Assembly (NCBI GenBank): GCA_038087875.1
Contig: CM075987.1
Coordinates: 17,734,001 to 17,798,000, forward strand
Length of the DNA: 64,000 nt
Reading direction: 5' to 3'
Source: Malacoraja senta
Lineage: Eukaryota
The notes under the pieces were generated by a model. It ran no database searches. It was not told the origin of the DNA and saw nothing but the letters and a program-made list of their open reading frames with translations. Below, one piece after another: positions 57,401 to 64,000 of this stretch. A program made the position numbers and the translations under genes. The stretch's first letter is position 1. Each line of letters opens with the position of its first letter.

Positions 57401-60400
57401 ACCATTTTCAGTGCCTTTTTACTTCAACCCCAAAAAAAATAAACCATTTGCAGTGCCTTTTTACTTCATCCCCAAACCCCCTCAAACAACCAGTTGCAGT
57501 GCTTTTTACTTCAACCCAAAACTACCCCAAACAACCATTTGCAGTGCCTTTTTTAATTCAACCTAAATCCCCCCAAACAACCATTTGCAGTGCCTTTTTA
57601 CTTCAAACCAAAACCCCCAAAACAACAATTTGCAGTGCCTTTTTACTTCAACCCAAACCCCCCAAACAACCATTTGCAGTGCCTTTTTACTTCAACCCAA
57701 ACAACCATTTGCAGTGCCTTTTTACTTCAACCCAAAACAAACCAGACAACCATTTACAGTGCCTTTTTACTTCAACCCCCCCAAAAAACCAAACAATCAT
57801 TTGCAGTGCCTTTTTACTTCAACCCAAAAAAAACCTAAAACCATTTGCAGTGCCTTTTTACTTCAACCCAAAACACCCAAAACAAACATTTGCAGTGCCT
57901 TTATACTTCAACCTAAACACCCCAAACAACCATTTGAAGTGCCTTTATATTTCAACCCAAACCACTCAAACAACCATTTGCAATGCCTTTTTACTTCAAC
58001 CCAAAACGCTCAAACAACCATTTGCAGTGCCTTTTACTTCAACCCAAAAACCCCGAGCAACCATCTGCAGTGCATTTTCACTTCAACCCAAAACCCCCAA
58101 ACAACCATTTGCAGTGCCTTTTTACTTCAACCCAAAAAACCTCCAAGCAACCATTTGCAGTGCCTTTTTACTTCAACCCAAAACCCCCCCAACAAACATT
58201 TCCAGTGCATTTTTACTTCAACCCTAAACCCCCCAAACAACCATTTGCAGTGCCTTTTTACTTCAACCCAAAAAACCCCAAACAACCATTTGCAGTGCCT
58301 TTTTACTTCAACCCAAACCCCCCAAATAACAATTTGCAGTGCCTTTTTACTTCAACTTAAAAAACCCCAAACAACCATTTGCAGTGCCTTTTACTTCAAC
58401 CCAAAACCTCCAAGCAACCATTTGCAGTGCCTTTTTACTTCAACCCAAACCCCCCCCAACAACAATTTGCAGTGCCTTTTTACTTCAACCCAAAAACCCC
58501 CAAACAACCATTTGCAGTGCCTTTTTACTTCAAACCAAAACCCCCCAAACAACCATTTGCAGTGCCTTTTTACTTCAACCCAAAAACCCCAAAAACAACA
58601 ATTTGCAGTGCCTTTTTACTTCAACCCAAAGCCCCCCCCAAAAAACATTTCCAGTGCATTTTTACTTCAACCCTAAACCCCCCAAACAACCATTTGCAGT
58701 GCCTTTTTACTTCAACCCAAATCCCCCCAAACAACCATTTGCAGTGCCTTTATACTTCAACCCAAAAAAAACCCAAACATCCATTTGCAGTGCCTTTTTA
58801 CTTCATCCCAAACCCCCCAAACAACCATTTGCATTGCCTATTTACTTTAACCCAAAACCTCCCCAAACAACCATTTGCAGTGCCTTTTTACTTCAACCCA
58901 AACCCCCCAAACAACAATTTGCAGTGCCTTTCTACTTCAACCCAAAAACCCCAAATAACCATTTGCAGTGCCTTTTTACTTCACCCCAAAACCCCCCAAA
59001 CAACCATTTGCAGTTCCTTTTTACTTCAACCCCAAAACCCCCAAACAACCATTTGCAGTGCCTTTTTACTGCAACCCAAAAAACCCCAAGCAACCATTTG
59101 CAATGCCTTTTTACTTCAACCCAAACCCCCCAAATAACTATTTGCAGTGCCATTTTACTTCAACTTAAAAACCCCAAACAACCATTTGCAGTGCCTTTTA
59201 CTTCAACCCAAAACCCCCAAGCAACCATCTGCAGTGCATTTTCACTTCAACCCAAAACCCCCAAGCATCCATCTGCAGTGCCTTTTCACTTCAACCCAAA
59301 ACACCCCAAACAACCATTTGCAGTGCCTTTTTACTTCAACCCAAAAACCCCCAAACAACCATTTGCAGTTCCTTTTTACTTCAACCCCAAAACCCCCAAA
59401 CAACCATTTGCAGTGCCTTTTTACTTCAAACCAAAAAAAATCAAATAACCATTTGCAGCGCCTTTTTACTTCAACCCAAAAATCCCAAATAACCATTTGC
59501 AGTGCCTTTTTACTTCAACCCAAAACCCCCCAAACAACCATTTGCAGTGCCTTTTTACTTGAACCCAAAAAAAAAAAAAAACATTTGCAGTGCCTTTTTA
59601 CTTCAAACCAAAACCCCCCAAACAACCATTTGCAGTGCCTTTTTACATCAACCCAAAACCCCCCAAACAACAATTTGCAGTGCCTTTCTACTTCAACCCA
59701 AACCCCCCCAAACAACCATTTGCAGTGCCTTTTTACTTCAAAGCAAAACCCCCCAAACAAACATTTGCAGTCCCTTTTTACTTCAACCCAAAACCCCGCA
59801 AACAACCATTTGCAGTGCCTTTTTACTTCAACCCCAAACCCCCCAAACAAACATTTGCAGTGCCTTTTTACTTCAACCCTAAACCCCCCAAACAACCATT
59901 TGCAGTGCCTTTTTACTTCAACCAAAAAAACCCCAAAACAACCATTTGCAGTGCCTTTTTACTTCAACCCAAAACCCCCCAAACAAACATTTGCAGTGCC
60001 TTTTTACTTCAACCCAAAACCCCACAAACAACCATTTGCAGTCCCTTTTTACTTCAACCCAAAAAACCCCAAACAACCATTTGCAATGCCTTTTTACTTC
60101 AACCCAAACCCCCCAAATAACTATTTGCAGTGCCATTTTACTTCAACTTAAAAACCCCAAACAACCATTTGCAGTGCCTTTTACTTCAACCCAAAACCCC
60201 CAAGCAACCATCTGCAGTGCATTTTCACTTCAACCCAAAACCCCCAAGCATCCATCTGCAGTGCCTTTTCACTTCAACCCAAAACACCCCAAACAACCAT
60301 TTGCAGTGCCTTTTTACTTCAACCCAAAAACCCCAAACAACCATTTGCAGTTCCTTTTTACTTCAACCCAAAACCCCCAAACAACCATTTGCAGTGCCTT

Positions 60401-63400
60401 TTTACTTCAAACCAAAAAAAATCAAATAACCATTTGCAGCGCCTTTTTACTTCAACCCAAAAATCCCAAATAACCATTTGCAGTGCCTTTTTACTTCAAC
60501 CCAAAACCCCCCAAACAACCATTTGCAGTGCCTTTTTACTTGAACCCCAAAAAAAAACAAAAACATTTGCAGTGCCTTTTTACTTCAAACCAAAACCCCC
60601 CAAACAACCATTTGCAGTGCCTTTTTACATCAACCCAAAACCCCCCAAACAACAATTTGCAGTGCCTTTCTACTTCAACCCAAACCCCCCCCAAACAACC
60701 ATTTGCAGTGCCTTTTTACTTCAAAGCAAAACCCCCCAAACAAACATTTGCAGTCCCTTTTTACTTCAACCCAAAACCCCGCAAACAACCATTTGCAGTG
60801 CCTTTTTACTTCAACCCCAAACCCCCCAAACAAACATTTGCAGTGCCTTTTTACTTCAACCCTAAACCCCCCAAACAACCATTTGCAGTGCCTTTTTACT
60901 TCAACCAAAAAAACCCCAAAACAACCATTTGCAGTGCCTTTTTACTTCAACCCAAAACCCCCCAAACAAACATTTGCAGTGCCTTTTTACTTCAACCCAA
61001 AACCCCACAAACAGCCATTTGCAGGGCCTTTTTACTTCAACCTAAACCCCCAAACAATCATTTGCAGTGCCTTTTTACTTCAACCCAAAACCTCCCAAAC
61101 AACCATTTGCAGTGCCTTTTTACTTCAACCCAAAACCCCCCAAATAACCATTTGCAGTGCCTTTTTACTTCAACCCAAAAACCACCAAACAACAATTTGC
61201 AGTGCCTTTTTATTTCAACCCAAAACCCCCAAGCAACCATCTGCAGTGCATGTTCACTTCAACCCCAAAACCCCCAAGCATCCATCTGCAGTGCCTTTTC
61301 ACTTCAACCCAAAACACCCCAAACAACCATTTGCAGTGCATTTTTACTTCAACCCAAAACACCCAAACAACCATTTGCAGTTCCTTTTTACTTCAACCCC
61401 AAAACCCCCCAAACAACCATTTGCTGTGCCTTTTTACTTCAACCCAAAAAACCCTAAATAACCATTTGCAGTGCCTTTTTACTTCAACCCAAAACCCCCC
61501 CAAACAACAATTTGCAGTGCCTTTTTACTTCAACCCAAACCTCCCCAAAAAACATTCCAGTGCATTTTTACTTCAACCCTAAACCCCCCCAAACAACCAT
61601 TTTCAGTGCCTTTTTACTTCAACCCCAAAAAAAACAAAACCATTTGCAGTGCCTTTTTACTTCATCCCCAAACCCCCTCAAACAACCAGTTGCAGTGCTT
61701 TTTACTTCAACCCAAAACTCCCCCAAACAACCATTTGCAGTGCCTTTTTTAATTCAACCTAAATCCCCCCAAACCAACCATTTGCAGTGCCTTTTACTTC
61801 AAACCAAAACCCCCAAAACAACAATTTGCAGTGCCTTTTTTACTTCAACCCAAACCCCCCAAACAACCATTTGCAGTGCCTTTTTACTTCAACCCAAACA
61901 ACCATTTGCAGTGCCTTTTTACTTCAACGCAAAAAACCCCAAACAACCATTTACAGTGCCTTTTTACTTCAACCCCCCAAAAAAAAAAACAATCATTGGC
62001 AGTGCCTTTTTACTTCAACCCAAAACAAACCTAAAACCATTTGCAGTGCCTTTTTACTTCAACCCAAAACACCCAAAACAAACATTTGCAGTGCCTTTAT
62101 ACTTCAACCTAAACCCCCCAAACAACCATTTGAAGTGCCTTTTTATTTCAACCCAAACCACTCAAACAACCATTTGCAATGCCTTTTTACTTCAACCCAA
62201 ACGCTCAAACAACCATTTGCAGTGCATTTTACTTCAACCCAAAAACCCCGAGCAACCATCTGCAGTGCATTTTCACTTCAACCCAAAACCCCCAAACAAC
62301 CATTTGCAGTGCCTTTTTACTTCAACCCAAAAAAACCTCCAAGCAACCATTTGCAGTGCCTTTTTACTTCAACCCAAAACCCCCCCAACAAACATTTCCA
62401 GTGCATTTTTACTTCAACCCTAAACCCCCCCAAACAACCATTTGCAGTGCCTTTTTACTTCAACCCAAAAACCCAAAATAACTATTTGCAGTGCGTTTTT
62501 ACTTCAACCCAAACCTCCCTAAAAAAACATTTCCAGTGCATTTTCACTTCAACCCAAAACCCCCAAACAACCATTTGCAGTGTCTTTTTACTTCAACCCA
62601 AAACCCCCCAAACAGCCATTTGCAGTGCCTTTTTACTTCAACGCAATACCCCCCATACAACCATTTGCAGTGCCTTTTTACTTCAACCCCAAATCCCCCC
62701 AAACAACAATTTGCAGTGCCTTTTTACTTCAACCCAAAACCCCCCCCAAACAACCATTTTCAGTGCCTTTTTACTTCAACCCCAAAAAAACCAAACAACC
62801 ATTTGCAGTGCCTTTTACTTCAACCCAAACCCCCCCAAACAACCATTTGCAGTGCCTTTTTACTTCAAACCAAAACCCCCCAAACAACCATTTGCAGTGC
62901 CTTTTTACTTCAACCCAAAACCCCCCAAACAACAATTTGCAGTGCCTTTTTTACTTCAACCCAAACCCCCCCAAAAAAACATTTCCAGTGCATTTTTACT
63001 TCAACCCTAAACACCCCAAACAACCATTTGCAGTGCCTTTTTACTTCAACCCAAAACCCCCCAAACAACCATTTGCAGTGCCTTTTACTTCAACCCAAAA
63101 ACCCCGAGCAACCATCTGCAGTGCATTTTCACTTCAACCCAAAACCCCCAAACAACCATTTGCAGTGCCTTTTTACTTCAACCCAAAAAACCTCCAAGCA
63201 ACCATTTGCAGTGCCTTTTTACTTCAACCCAAACCCCCCCCCAACAAACATTTCCAGTGCATTTTTACTTCAACCCTAAACCCCCCAAACAACCATTTGC
63301 AGTGCCTTTTTACTTCAACCCAAAAAACCCCAAACAACCATTTGCAGTGCCTTTTTACTTCAACCCAAACCCCCCAAATAACAATTTGCAGTGCCTTTTT

Positions 63401-64000
63401 ACTTCAACTTAAAAAACCCCAAACAACCATTTGCAGTGCCTTTTACTTCAACCCAAAACCTCCAAGCAACCATTTGCAGTGCCTTTTTACTTCAACCCAA
63501 ACCCCCCCCAACAACCATTTGCAGTGCCTTTTTACTTCAACCCAAAAACCCCCAAACAACCATTTGCAGTGCCTTTTTACTTCAAACCAAAACCCCCCAA
63601 ACAACCATTTGCAGTGCCTTTTTACTTCAACCCAAAAACCCCAAAAACAACAATTTGCAGTGCCTTTTTACTTCAACCCAAAGCCCCCCCCAAAAAACAT
63701 TTCCAGTGCATTTTTACTTCAACCCTAAACCCCCCAAACAACCATTTGCAGTGCCTTTTTACTTCAACCCAAATCCCCCCAAACAACCATTTGCAGTGCC
63801 TTTATACTTCAACCCAAAAAAAACCCAAACATCCATTTGCAGTGCCTTTTTACTTCATCCCAAACCCCCCAAACAACCATTTGCATTGCCTATTTACTTT
63901 AACCCAAAACCTCCCCAAACAACCATTTGCAGTGCCTTTTTACTTCAACCCAAACCCCCCAAACAACAATTTGCAGTGCCTTTCTACTTCAACCCAAAAA
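54479..64000 (+). repeat. 45-bp satellite, block 3 of copy 2, running off the window end
   Basis: Same monomer, with higher-order duplications. Confidence 0.97.

Larger units (their letters stand above)
35412..58667 (+). repeat. Duplicated segment, copy 2 (right end approximate, inside satellite)
   Basis: Colinear with 14212-35211; the pre-gap terminal monomer series recurs near 58560-58667 and again near 63630-63720. Confidence 0.88.

Noticed and set aside
18055..64000. Many long ORFs of 15-aa repeats ([60 protein letters not shown])
   Set aside because: The 45-bp monomer lacks stops in the plus frames; the ORFs overlap in all frames and switch peptide type at homopolymer indels, with no frame preference
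18055..64000. Telomeric or interstitial telomeric repeat
   Set aside because: CCCTAA occurs only as an occasional monomer variant; there is no (TTAGGG)n array

Overview
Eukaryotic, repeat-dominated genomic DNA. The CR1, Rex1, Penelope and Hero repeat mix suggests a vertebrate, probably a cartilaginous fish (inference). The one host gene I can support is five spliced + strand exons (8779-16765) of an ADAM/reprolysin (M12B) metalloprotease, running from the furin-type site to the HELGHNLGMFHD zinc motif and CIM Met-turn. The rest is nested transposons (L1, Gypsy, several CR1, Hero-like, Penelope-like, Rex1), a 2.6 kb GU-rich microsatellite, a probable non-autonomous Helitron end with an internal 48-bp repeat, and a very large 45-bp satellite with higher-order structure and LINE insertions. 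A 200-N gap (35212-35411) is followed by a near-identical second copy of 14212-35211, including the last two ADAM exons. This is most likely an uncollapsed haplotype overlap, but it would be frame-preserving if real. Nearly all long ORFs in the track beyond 18 kb are satellite translation artefacts.
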